This document shows positions 1-12,979 of a stretch of 64,000 nt of DNA, one piece after another. The position numbers and the translations under genes were made by a program. This DNA comes from Selaginella moellendorffii. Lineage: Eukaryota > Plantae > Lycopodiophyta. Below the pieces are notes generated by a model that saw nothing but the letters and a program-made list of their open reading frames with translations, was not told where the DNA came from and did not search any database. Position 1 is the first letter of the stretch, and every line of letters starts with the position of its first letter. Location: positions 1,120,815-1,184,814 of the forward strand of contig NW_003314306.1 in NCBI RefSeq assembly GCF_000143415.4. The letters run 5' to 3'.

Positions 1-647
1 TGATGAAACTACAAACGAATAATATGAAAGTAAGCTCTAGACTGATACTGGGTGGAGGTATTGGGTTTGTTTACTTGCTCTCAATGGAAGGGGTGGTGGA
101 TCGGATTGCCAAAGATGAGACTACATTCGGAAACCTTTCGTACTGCTTTTGCTCGATCAAAGGCTCTGTCATACTCCAGGACAGGGAACTTGCTAATGGG
201 ATGGGCGGCTGCGTTTTTAATGTATAAAGTTGCAGTCTTCATGGCTGCCACCAAGAAAGATTAAACTCAAAAGCTTTTTGAAGGTCAAGACTTAAAGAAG
301 AAGTTACTCAATGGAGCAATAGTGGACAAAGAAGAAACTTTCACATACAAAGAGCTTGCAAACAAAAGAGTGTGATACTCCACACGAAGATCACCAAGAT
401 CGAGTGTTTCTTGCACTGAGGATCCAGGAATTTAGTAGGATTCAACTAGCAATTCAAAGGACAGCCTTTTTCCTTCATTCCCAGGCCCTGCCTCCAACGA
501 GCGCTGTCCCCCCGGACCACCAGTGGCAGACATCACACACAAACCCCAAATTAAAAGCCTACCCAAAGCCACATCATGACGTTCAAATTATCTTGCCGCC
601 TACGTGGTGTGGGTTAAAAAAGGGTGTTGTTACTTGTCCAAGGCTCG

Positions 648-678
648 CTCTCACTTCTCTCTCTCTCTCTCTCTCTCT
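648..678. repeat. (CT)n microsatellite
   Basis: ctctcacttctctctctctctctctctctct run. Confidence 0.8.
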
Positions 679-1899
679 TCCCTAGGGTTCTTCCAGATTG
701 TCATGAGGTGCTTGTGCTAGAGGAGGATCTGATCGCTAGAGTGTGCTGTGCTTTTGCCAATTCCTCCCTGCCAACCAAGTGCAAGCTCGAGCAAGCTATC
801 TCAATCCTAATTGCAAGGAAACTATGGAATGTGACAAATGTTATAAGTGTTCCAAAGCATCCAGCATCAGCAGTGTACAAGAATATTTGGGGTTAAGGTG
901 TGGTAAGCATCAATCACTTTAAAGTATTTTACACACAAATTTCAAGCTTTCAGGTGATACCTTTTGAACCTTCTTAATTACCTTACACAGGTAGAAAGGG
1001 TTTTACTTTCATTAGGAAATGAGAGTGGCACTTTGGAACATGGCCCAGGATCAATGCTGTCCACACCACAACATCATGATTTGATCAAACACTGCACAAG
1101 CATCGATCACTTGAAAGTATCACTTGAAAGCTTGAAATTTGTGTGTAAAAACCTACTGAATATCTTTTGAACCTTCTTAATTACCTTAGCTTGTAGAAAG
1201 GAGGCGCAAAGAGGTTGTGATTGCCAGCAGGATTTCTGGACTGGAAATCCATTTTGCATTGTTAAACAGAACATGGTCATATGGAGAGTCCTACCTTTGT
1301 GTTTCAAGGATCATTGCAGTTAGAGTTTGCCATCTTTGATGCATATATAAATTCTGAGAGTAGTTTTGTGTCAACGAGTGTGTCCCTACCATTTCATGAA
1401 CCATCCACTAACTTGGAAGGGACCCTCCTATCAAGGTAGGGTTCCATGCACCACCCACCCCCCCTCCAAATCCCCCCATTTTTTTAATGGTTACATGTAA
1501 CCCCTTTTTTGATATCCCGGGCTATACATCATAATGGATTAGGGTGCCATTTTTGTTTGCCCTGAGCACAACCATGCCACAACTTAGCAATTCTTCATCT
1601 CCCATGCTGTAAGGATTGTGATAAGGTATTTAAGTTTGGTAGAGTTATTCTTTCTAGAGGAGGAGAACATGATTTTAATTTCAGTTTCAAGAAAACTCTT
1701 ACTTATTCAAATGGTGGAGGAAGTTATTGCTATAGTGTTTTCCATGCCATATCCCATTACAACTTCATTTATCGAGAGAGTGATCACTAAAAAAGAGCAT
1801 CTAGGGTTATCAATTGGTGCATATTACATCAAGACAATCTCCACTAGTGGTATCAAATAGAGCTTAAGGTTCTTCATATAGATCCACAAAGATTCAAAG

Positions 1900-2811
1900 A
1901 AGTGTTTTGGTTTTTAGTAATTATATTTACTTTTAAGAGGCCTCCTCCAAGTTTGGTAGAAATACTAGGGTAACATTTACCTGTTTCAAAGAAAATACCT
2001 ATTACTTTGAAATGCTTGGCATTCGGGGATATGTGGTGAACAATTGGTGATGCATTTGCATTGCTCAAGCTTATCTATATCATTTTAGGTATGCATTGCT
2101 TGAGCATGAAGGACTAATGATCCATTGGCTGAATGAGGAGGGAATGAATGAAGTTATAATGGGATTTCAAATATTGTGTGGATTTTGTTGTGCAATGGAT
2201 TACACTCACATTGCAATTAAGTTCCCAGGATCAGAAAACGTAATAGATTGGTATGCTAGGGCAAAAAAATACTACTTGATAGTAGTTTAAATTGTGGTAG
2301 AGAGTAAGACTTCATTCTTTGACATAATAACAAGGATAGTAGATGGTGTTTCAGATGGATGAGTTTGGAATTCTAGTGGTTTGAAGAAGGTATGATGTAG
2401 CCTAATGTACCACACAGAGTTTAGGGACATTATCATTATTGATAGAGGATATGATTGTGTTTTACCAGTTTTATCCCATATTCAAACAAGTTTAGTGGTA
2501 AAGAGCAATACAACTTCATTCATTCTTCTACAAAGATTATTGTCGAGTAATCTTTTAGAATTTTGAAAAGGCAATGGAAATTGCTAGCTCAAAAAGGATT
2601 TAGACATCCAAACATCCTTGTGAACAACATCATGGCTTGCTACATGCTACATAACTTGATAATCACAAAGAATGACAGATTTATAGAAGATTTTGACCTT
2701 GACAAATTTAACCATGATGCAGGCTACTGTCCACAAAGGTCTTTTTGTTCAGCTAAAGATGGCATAGCATTGAGAGACACTATGGAAAAGTTTATGAAGA
2801 ACTTGGAGTGA
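1900..2811 (+). pseudogene. Degenerate PIF/Harbinger DDE transposase (HARBI1/DDE_Tnp_4-like)
   Basis: Fragments GFCCAMDYTHIAI (cf. GAIDGTHI), YYLIVV*IVV, IIVE*SFRILKRQWKLL and IMACYMLHNLII, interrupted by stops and frameshifts; termini not found. Confidence 0.8.
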
Positions 2812-4864
2812 TATTACTATAGAATGCTTGCACTTTATTTAATACAATGTTTTTGAATGAACTTCCATGTTTTCTGATATGCAGAGCTCTTATGTGCAAG
2901 ATCTAGGACATGTTGAGCATTTGCAAGTTCTATATTTGTAATTTGAGCTTTGTATCAATAGCAGCTTCAGGATTAGAGCTCTAGTGCATGTTAGTAGATA
3001 TGCACGAAACTAATGGATAAACATGTCCTTATCTAGAGCAAATGTCATGAGCCCATTTTAGTAGACTTGTGCCTTTGGAGGCAATTTTCTTATCCTCCCA
3101 AAACCTATAAGCCGATTAGACAATTGTGAAAATGCAATAGTGATTCTCACCCGAGTGTGTGCTTCATCCAGTTTTCATCATCTTGTTTCTGGAATCACAA
3201 AAGTTATAAGTCACGAGCAAGAGCTTGGCAGTGTTATGAGATATTTACTGAAAAATCTTAATGGGCATGTGCTCCATAGCTCTCTTTTCTAGCTTTTACG
3301 GATTGCATTGTGATCATTACATTGATGAGCAAATTTTCTAGCTTGATTGTCTTGATGAGATCAAAGTTTCTGTGCCAACCAAATAAGGTAAGGAGGAGAG
3401 CTACGTAGGAATTAATGTACCATATCAAGCTCCTCTTCAATTTTAAGCCATCTATTGGATTGTGAAAGGAGCAAGAAGATTACGTTCTACCTTATTTGGC
3501 AAAACATCCAATCCCCATTATTCTATTTAAAACACATGCATTGGATAAATCTAAAGGCTTCTTTTTTAAAATGAAGAACAGGGCTTTGACTGAGATGGGT
3601 GACAATGTATGTGTGTCCAAGTTCAAGAGCTCACCCAACTCTTTTGCAGCTGTGGCGCAGCCAAGGATCTAACTTATGTGCACTACACCTTACTCTCCAA
3701 CAAACCAGTATGAACTATAAAGGTCTTGCCAAGTTCTCAACACATTTGGACCAAAGCCAGCATCTAGAACTCGATGCAAAGCACAAGTTATCAAGCAAAA
3801 CCATAGAAACGAGAAAAAGAATGAATGGAACTTAGAGAAGAGAGCCTTGTTATCCACATTGGCATTGTTGGCAGATGATTTTCAAGGCTCTAGATCCAAT
3901 TGCACCACATTCCCCATCCTCCTCCTCAATCTTCTCTTTTTCATCGCTATTTTATAAGATGCTCACTGAAATCCATGAAAGCAATGGCCATGAGAGCTCC
4001 ATTGCAGAGAGCTCAAGGGCATGAGACTTTATGCTCTTGTCGGCCTCCAGCAGCTTGGTGATCACTGGGAACTTGAGGCTGCTTATTGCCTTGAGATTGC
4101 CTAGTTTTTGTATTAGTCCCTATGGGACATTGGGGAATGTACATACATGTTTCATTGATTTAGCTTTTGGCCATGGAGCTCTTAGTCAATTCTTGGATCA
4201 CAGAATAAGCATGTTGATGCTTGATGTGGTGCTCAAGTTTCTTCACAGGGCAATGGAGGTGAATGGGCCTTGGAGCTCTTTGTCACTTGAGTATAAGGCA
4301 AAGAATGTGAAGAGCTAAGTATTGTCTACTTGGTGGAATGCACATTGGGAGCCCTTGTTGGCATTGAAGTTCCTCTAGATTGGATAGCCATGGCTAGTGT
4401 GTGAGTGTCCTCTATTCACAAACTGCATTTCAATGCTCTAGGTGGTGTCAGACCTTCAGGTGGGCAACAAATAAGAGAAATACAAGGAACTTGAGGAGGC
4501 CATCTTCATCTAGTTGTTTAGCTTCATGATAGTATCATCAAAAGTCTTAGTTGGTGACCCTTATATATCATGTATATTCCTTGCAACATCATCATAACTC
4601 TCTTATCTACAACCACAATCAAAACTTAGTGTTGTTGATCATTAGTTGCCTCCATTTTCTCCATCATTTGTATGTTGCTATCTCAAAGTTCTTGCATCAT
4701 TGCTTTCCTTTGCTCATTACTTTGTTTGAGGAGACCATTAAATCTCTTGGGAGTACATTTTTCCTATAGTTATTAAAACTTTTTTCTCACCAACTTGTAC
4801 TTTTGGAATGTCTTTATTGGCATCTCTAGGATCTTGTGTTTCAAATACAATATTTAGATCTGAA

Positions 4865-5037
4865 TGTAAGAACTAAAGAGAACAACGGTCCATAGGATTT
4901 AAATATAGAAGGAAAGGGCCCATGAATAAGAGTGCACCCCCTTTTCCAATTAGTTAAGGGTCTTGGGATATTTGGGGTTAAGTGTCCTTGGGATTGAATA
5001 GTACTGGGCTGGGTGACCTCCTGGGAAGTCCAAACTC
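4865..5037 (+). mobile_element. Truncated Cassandra-type (5S-containing) LTR
   Basis: Starts TGTAAG; contains GGTTAAGTGTCCTTGGGATTGAATAGTACTGGGCTGGGTGACCTCCTGGGAAGTCC (5S A-box to C-box); homologous to 30816-31008; 3' end missing. Confidence 0.8.
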
Positions 5038-5118
5038 CAAAAGAGAAATAAAAGTCAATCATAAAAAGACAAATGAACTTACTATATCCTAGTAACTCAC
5101 CATAAATGGCTACTTAGA

Positions 5119-5450
5119 ACATTAGCGTTTGAGCATGTCATTTATAATGACATCTCATTCTAGAGGCCTTTGTTGAATGCATGAGGAAGCTTTGCATCCT
5201 TCTTCATCCATGTAGTAAACTCATTGCTAAAGTAATGTAGCGCACATGGTTTTTACCCTTTATCCTATGGTGATTTACCATAGGACATTAGCGTTTGAGC
5301 ATGTCATTTATAATGACATCTCATTCTAGAGGCCTTTGTTGAATGCATGAGGAAGCTTTGCATCCTTCTTCATCCATGTAGTAAACTCATTGCTAAAGTA
5401 ATGTAGCGCGTGGTTTTTACCCTTTATCCTATGGTGATTTACCATAGGAC
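5119..5450. repeat. 166-bp tandem duplication spanning the LTR border
   Basis: 5119-5284 repeated almost identically from 5285 (small indel). Confidence 0.9.
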
Positions 5451-6272
5451 AACACCAGGAAGTGGACCCTCTATGTGCCATGTGTCACATGCCACTTGTC
5501 CATAGGACAATGGTGTGGAATCTGAGGTTCAAGGCCTTGGGCCACTGAACGAAGGAACGATGCTAAACTCCCAAGCATGGAGCCAAGGAGTGACGGAACT
5601 AGACCACGGAGCAACTCCCGAGCATACAACCCAAAGAGCGAAGGAATAGGAGCCCAAAGCGACTTGGAATAGTCCTAGAACAACCAACATCCCAATGCCA
5701 AGACCAGCATGCAAAATAGAGCCAAACGGAGTTTGGCACTATTTTGGCATACCGGTGGCATAACGCAATGACATGGGTACTCCACTAGTTAGCATGGTGT
5801 GGAACTTGGGCTTAGACCAAAGCCGGACGTAGAACAAAGACAAACACGCAAGCAGGAGCTAAACTATGCCTCAGATTGGTCAACCTACCCACTATCCCTA
5901 CTATACATTTGGAACCCCATAGCCCCCCCCCCCCCCCCCCCCCCTTTGAGGAACACATGCTTTGGGCTTTCACCCCAAACCTCCTTTAGTACCAGGAGTT
6001 AATCTCTGGGACAAGCTTGAAACTTACTAAATATGAAATGTCCTTAAATTGCGAATTTGGACACAGGATGAACACCATTGTGTTCAGGACAACTCTACAT
6101 TCCATAGATATGCCAAATGAGAAAATCTGGACACTTTCCATAAATAGTATTTGGGATCGAGATGAGACTAACACAAAGGGCATGATAGCGAGGGTGTTTG
6201 GTAAACACGGTAAACTATCATCCAGCGATATTGAGGGACTAGTCTCCATATGCGAGGGTTTTTGTCACTAGC

Positions 6273-7000
6273 TATCACAAATGTGACTTTAGGTATCGAA
6301 AGTTACCTGTCTGCCAGTCCTTACGGACACTCTTTCCTTACTACCATGATGGTAGGAGGTCGGTATTGCTAAGCCCGTTATCAATCACCACCTAAGCTAG
6401 TTAAGAAACTGGTCTTCGCATGTGCACTTGATTAGATGAGCATAAGGAAGGAATTCCTAAGTGTCTATTTAGTCAAGCATACTTGACCTAGTTAGAGAAA
6501 CTCATTCGTTGACTTGCACTTGCTAGTGTTGGGAACCCCGGTGATATTGAGTTTGGTCCCTCAATATCGCTAGATGATAGCTTACCATGTCTGCCAAACA
6601 CCCTCACTATGATGCCCTTTGTGTTAGTCTCATTTCGGTCCTAAATGCTATTTATGGAAAGTGTTCAGATTTGCTTATTTGGCATATCTATAGAATGTAG
6701 AGATTGGCCTGAACACAATGATGTTTGTCCTGTGTCCAAATTCGCAATCTAGTGCCATTCCATATTTAGTAAGTTTTGAGCTTGTCCCAGAGACTCCTGA
6801 TATTAAGGGAGGCTTGGGTGAAAGCCCAAAAGTGTGTGTTCCTCAAGGGGGGGGGGGGGGGGGGGGGGGGGTTCCAAATGTATAGTAGGGATAGTGGGTA
6901 AGTCGGGTATGGCCAACCAACTTGAGGCATAGTCTAGCTCTCACTTGTGTGCCTGTCTTTGTTCTACGTTCGGCTTGGGTCTAAGCCTAAGTTCCAAGTT
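6273..7000 (+). mobile_element. Nested family-A LTR fragment in opposite orientation
   Basis: Begins TATCACAAATGTGACTTTAGGTATCGAAAG, matching the start of LTR 32781; G25 tract at 6847-6871; truncated at ~7000. Confidence 0.8.
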
Positions 7001-10000
7001 AGGGTGACCTCTTTGTCTAATGCAGATGCACACCAACTCAGACACCTTCTGGCTGTCGCCGACAAGGAAATGACCAACGGAGTCAGCCACCCTTGCTACT
7101 CTGGGTGTCACCTAGCTTACAAAAGTGTGATATGCCCTTGCCTGCAAGGACATAGAGAGAGAAGCTAGAGGCCCTAACCATTATGAACAAAGAAACCAAA
7201 CCCATCGGTAAGGTTTAAATAGACTACTGTAAATAGGTAGTTAGAGTTGTTTACACGGTCATGCCCTTTTTAATGGAATAAGGAACATCGACAAAGAGGC
7301 GAGTTATATGACCAATTGATAATAGCTACCCCATGATTAGAGATTTCACCATGCACATGAAGTGCCGAAGCTAGTCTGTCTATACTGGCCCAAACTCAAA
7401 GATCAATATATGGACAATATCAAAGTCATAGAAAATGATATTTTAGAGTATTAATTACCAGTGAATAAATCTTAGATTAAAACTCAAAATTATTCCAAGT
7501 ATGTTATCATCCGATAAACTAATTGATCATTGATGATTCTTCTTGTGCTTGTTATGAAGTGAGTTACGTCTTGCTATAGATGGATTCATGGAGGATCGAT
7601 TTGGTGATCACTTGTTAAGCATAACTCCATTGTGATTAGCTTTTGGATTGATGCAAATGTGCTTTTCATTAGTTTTGTATTATGAAGTTTAGTTTACGGA
7701 TGTGTTGAGGAGGATGTTGTGGGTTATACCATGATTTCTTCTTTAGCATTGAAGTTCATTCATGCAAGAGTTGTGATTATTCTTAGGCAAGACTTAGCTA
7801 TAGGCTTCTTTGAGCATTTGGTTCTTTGAGTTTTATGCTTATAGTTTCATTTGTTAGAAGTTGTTGGGGAAGGCATTTTCGCTTATAGTTTCTATGTTGA
7901 AGTTAGTATTTGCATCTAACAATCATTGGTGATGATTTACTATCATCTAGGATAGTTGATTATCCTTATCAAAGGTTTTGCTTGATTATTGTTGATATAG
8001 AATGATTTGCCATTCTTTGGGATGGTAGATTCTTTCTTCGATGATAATTATGCATCTCTTTATTGATGGGATGATTGATAATCTTTCATGATAGTTAGTT
8101 GTTCTCTTTGATGGCTTATGGCTTTTCGCAATACCACATGTTCTTTGTGGTTTGCTTTGGATTAGTCTCTTAGATTTGAGACATCAGTAGGATGTTGTTG
8201 ACAATTGCTTAGGCAACTTGAGTTTCTTAGTGTTGTTGGCTAGAATCTATTCAGCTTGGCTAGTGCGATGGTTAGCATGACTAAGTGTTTGTTGGTCTTA
8301 TCACATTCATTTTTGTTCTGTTGATTGTTGCTTGAGTTAGTTCTGATAGATTTGGATGTTATTTCCTTTGAGTGATACATTCGCGAGCATTCTACTTGCC
8401 AGTCAATGATACTTTGTGTTCTTAGTTATCTTTAGTAAATTGTTTGGCATTCTGTCTACAATCTTTGGTAGTTAGGTTTCATCATTAAGTTTCCTTGATG
8501 ATACACTGGCTATTGAATTTTCTTTGGATAGTGCATCCTATGCTTTCCAAACATGATGATCTTAGTGGTTCCTATATTATAATACTATATTCTAACTCAA
8601 ATCTAACAAGGATTCAAACATTCCAATATCGATCACTAACTATTCCTTTTGGAAAGTTAGCATAATCCACAATTGAATCACTTTTCAAGGAAAAGCTCAA
8701 AACTCAACCTTGACTAAGGAATCTCATCTAAAACACAACTAACTCAACTTGCCACTTAGTTCATTTGAACGTCTACATTATTTCTAACTAGCAAATGCAT
8801 GAATGCTAATAATACAAAGCCACAACCAAATCATTAACACTATCTTCATCAAGACTAAGGAAACTCAATATCAATTCTAAGGAGAGACATCTTATCTCAC
8901 TTGAATCTCAACATCAATAATGTCAACGACAAGGCATCACTTCAATGTCATCAACACCAAAACAAAGCTAGAGAAAGCAAGAGTGAATCACCACCCAAAA
9001 CTCTTTAGCAACTAAGCTAACCAAAGTCAAAGATACTAAAGTGTTATTTGTAATTGAGTATTGTTGAAGAACTAGTCTTGGATACCAAGTAAGTGAAATG
9101 AAATGAAATGAAATCTAACACTACGAACTAAATGCAACAAAATGATATCAACGAAGGTAGAGTCGACATGCCAGCATGGAAACCCATGTAAGTCTAATGA
9201 CATGATCCTTCGTAACACCATCCGGTAAAGTAAATCTATCACTGACAAATCTTCATTGAGCGAAGCAAGTGTCAATAGTCCTTAACGAAGTCTACAAGCA
9301 ATCACTAGTTGCAAGCAACAATCACTATTTCAACTTGCTTTCACAAGACCTAACACTAAACACATGCCATCGAGTCATATACTTGTTTAGCATGAATGTA
9401 ATACCCCAAGTACAAGATAAAGGTTCATAGATTAGCATAAACTAAATGACCACTCGAATCCAACTCGACCACAATAAGCTCACTAATGCATTTAGCCACT
9501 AGCTTTGAGTATGTCTTAAAGAGGCTAGTTATGCATGACCAACACTTAGTCAAAATTAAAGTAAAGACCATGAGATGGACTCATATTGGTATACAACCTC
9601 CTCATAAACAAAGTTATAGTACGGGTACCAACATTTCAACCTTAAACAACTAAGTTAGACATCACCATCCTCAATCAAGGTGTAAAGCTACCAAGACCAA
9701 GTCAAGATCAGTGAGAACTCACTACTCTCATAGAGTTTAACAAAATGCAAAGTGCAACTTGCCACCAAGCTCAACGCTATAGAAGAAAGGTACAAGGGTC
9801 ACCCTTCTTAGAAAAGCGCAATGGCCATTTTTCTATGCCAACTTCAAACTCTATTCAACTCAATTGTCTTAGCCCCAAAAGTTAGCATCCCTTTTAGTTT
9901 GCATTATACAAACTATTTACTAAAATTTAAACCAACTGAAGTCAACTCTAACCCTTTCACTAGTTTGTATTAGTTTACGAAAACGGAAAGGTTTTTGAAC

Positions 10001-11853
10001 AAAGTAACGAATAGATCAACCATTAGAAAAAGTCTAAGAAAATTTGTGGAAAAGTTTCCATCTTAGAGAAAGAATGACTCTTAGTCCAGGTTTGCAAACT
10101 TTCAAGACTCAACCAGCTTCCTCTTACTAACAACTTCACATAGTTTCACCTTAACACAAATTCTCAAGACCCATAGTATGCTTAAACCTTGAACATCATG
10201 CCCATATTTCTGATATTTAACACTGACATCTGCAAAATACAAAATGAACATCCAAAGCTTGATCATGAAGACCACATCTTTGGATATCCATATTGCACTA
10301 ACACTCTTCTTTAACCACTTTCAAGGTCCAATATGAAGTTAAAATATTAATAAGAAAAATGACATAGAAAATCAAGTTCTAAGGAAAATTCCTCATCACT
10401 TGAAATAACAATGCCACATTCACTAACACAAGTGCTAGCAATGTCAATGCCTCAACTACACACCTTTTCTATTCAATAATTTACTTTAAGTGCTAACAGA
10501 TCAACTGATGAAATATAGCAAATGAATGCTACAACATTTTTCTAACACCTTATGGGCAAACCTTTCAAGGAACAAGAAACCAACTTAATCTTAGCATAAT
10601 GGACCATTATTGAGAATTTAGTCAAAGCTACCACAATGTTATTTCGTGTAAATAGATTAGCTTCTCCATCAACCATTTTGGGGTTGATAATCGTTTAACC
10701 AAGCAACTTCGTAAACACATTACTCACTATTACATGGATATGATATAAGTATCACAGTGACTTGATCATCAATCACGAAACACCACGAGCAATACCAATG
10801 TCATTACTTCAAAGGTCTATATGAATATCAAGTGCCAACTCGATTCGATAAAATGCAACATAAATGCCACACTCCACCAATAGAAATTTATAACACTCAA
10901 CACCATTAACTTTTGTTCACAACACAGACAAGCTTATGCCACTCTCTTTCCGACCAAACTCAAAACTAATCCAACACCAAGTTACTCAAGAAGCAATAGT
11001 AAGGTTCCCCATAAAAGAATTGAGCATTGTAACTCAAGTGTTCCAATAGCAAGTTTAAACAAAATGGTTTAATGCTTCACTGCTAACCATCCTATAACTC
11101 ACCATTTGCAAAACCATCATTTCCAACATGCATCAAGGTAGGAACTCTTGATTGTAGAATGTGAACACGGGCAATGAGTCACACTTCGTTGCAAATCATC
11201 TCTCTAAGAAGAGAAAATGATTTACGTGTTTGATCCTTCATCCCTGATGACTCTCTTTTCAGCCTCATCTTTGACTAAACCTCAAGCTTGCTTTTGCATT
11301 GCCTTCAATCCAATCCAAGAAAAGTTTATGAGAGAGTACGACAATGACTATCTGAACCAATAGACTAATTCCTACAGTCTTGGTTGATTCACTTGTAATC
11401 ATGCCTAGGAAGGATCCACTAGTGCTGTGCTAAATAGCTACAGACCAACCTATTTGCCACTCATAGCAAACCCAGGGAAGGTTTACTTTCACCCATGGTA
11501 CATGGAACAACTTATGGAACCACCGGAACAACTCATGGAACCACCAATATGCTAACATTAATCTTCCCAACTCAAAGTGTAACCTTGAGTTGCTAATGTG
11601 TCTCACTCATGAGCCCAAGCAAAAACTCGTGCAAACGGAACAACTCAATCCCTCTTATGAGCCCGAGAGCAAGCTCACATTATTACGGTACAACAAAAAG
11701 GTAACCAAATCCATACCCAAGGAACAATTGTGAAGCCTTTGCACCCAAATGTGTACCCACTCGAATCATCATTTTCATCTCTACATATGTAATGAAACTA
11801 ATTGCCCAATCTCATTAAATAGTACACACTAAGATGTATCCTTTGATAACAAA

Positions 11854-12979
11854 TGTAGCGCACGTGGTTTTTACCTTTTATCCTATAATGTTTTACCATA
11901 GAATAACACCACAAAGCGGGACCTAAACCCTCCATATGCCATGTATCACATGCCACTTGTCCATAGGACAGTGGTGTGGAACCTGAGGTTCAAGGCCTTG
12001 GGCCACTAAACAAAAGAATGGTGCCAAACTCCTAAGCATAGAGCCCAGGAGTGATGGAACCAGACCATGGAGCAACTCCCAAGCATACAGCCCAAGGAGC
12101 AAAGGAACAGGAGCCTGAAGTGACTTGGAACAGTCTTAGAGCAACTAACATCCCAATGTTAGGACCAGCACGTAAAATGGAGCCAAACGAAGTCTGACAC
12201 TATTTTGGCATACCAGTAGCCTAACGCAAGGATATGGGTACTCCACCAACTAGCATGGTGTGGAACTTGGGCTTAGACCCAAGTTGGACGCAAAACAAAG
12301 ACAAGTATGCAAGCAGGAGCTACACTATGCCTCAGGCTAGTCGGCTATGCCCAACCTTACCCACTATCCCTATTATACATTTGGAACCCCCCCCCCCCCC
12401 CCCTTGAGGAACACACGCTTTAGGCTTTCACCCCAAGCCTCCCTTAGTATCAAGAGTTAGTCTCTGGGACAAGCTTGAAACTTACTAGATATGGAATGTA
12501 TTTAAATTGCAAATTTGGACACAAGATGAACATCATTGTGTTTAAAACAACTTTACATTCCGTAGATATGCCAAATGAGCAAATTTGGACACTTTCCATA
12601 AATAGCATTTAGGACCGAGATAAGATTAATACAAAGGGCATGATAGCAAGGGTGTTTGGTAGACACAGTAAGCTATCATCTAGCGATATTGAGGGATTAG
12701 TCTTCATATGCAAGGGTTCTTGTCACTAGCAAGTGCAAGATAAAACGAGACAGGAACTCCTTACCGGGTTAAGTATGCTTAACTAATAGCATGTAGGAAT
12801 TTTGTCCTTCCACTCATCCAGTCTAAGTACACTCGAAATGCCCAGTTAACTCCATTAACACAAAAGACTGATAAAGGGTCCAGCAATACTAACCTCTTAC
12901 TGTCGTGATAGTAAGGAAAGAGTGTCCGTAAGGACTGGCCGATAAGTAATTTTCAATACCTAAAGTCATATTCGCGATA
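11854..12979 (-). repeat. 5' LTR of family A (1126 bp)
   Basis: Homologous to 32781-33907 and 29306-30462; poly-C tract ~12386-12403. Confidence 0.85.

Larger units (their letters stand above)
5402..12979 (-). mobile_element. LTR retroelement family A, rearranged full-length copy (~7.6 kb), apparently non-autonomous
   Basis: 5' LTR 12979-11854; PBS-like TGTTATCAAAG on minus at ~11841-11851 (cf. tRNA-iMet PBS TGGTATCAGAG); truncated 3' LTR 6271-5402; TSD AGTAA at 5397-5401 and 12980-12984. Confidence 0.8.

Noticed and set aside
2880-4800. Harbinger Myb/SANT ORF on the minus strand
   Set aside because: Looks like decayed coding sequence, but no diagnostic motif or TIR could be identified
4975-5031. 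Bona fide 5S rRNA gene
   Set aside because: Only ~56 nt of the internal promoter region match, embedded in an LTR; 5S ends are absent
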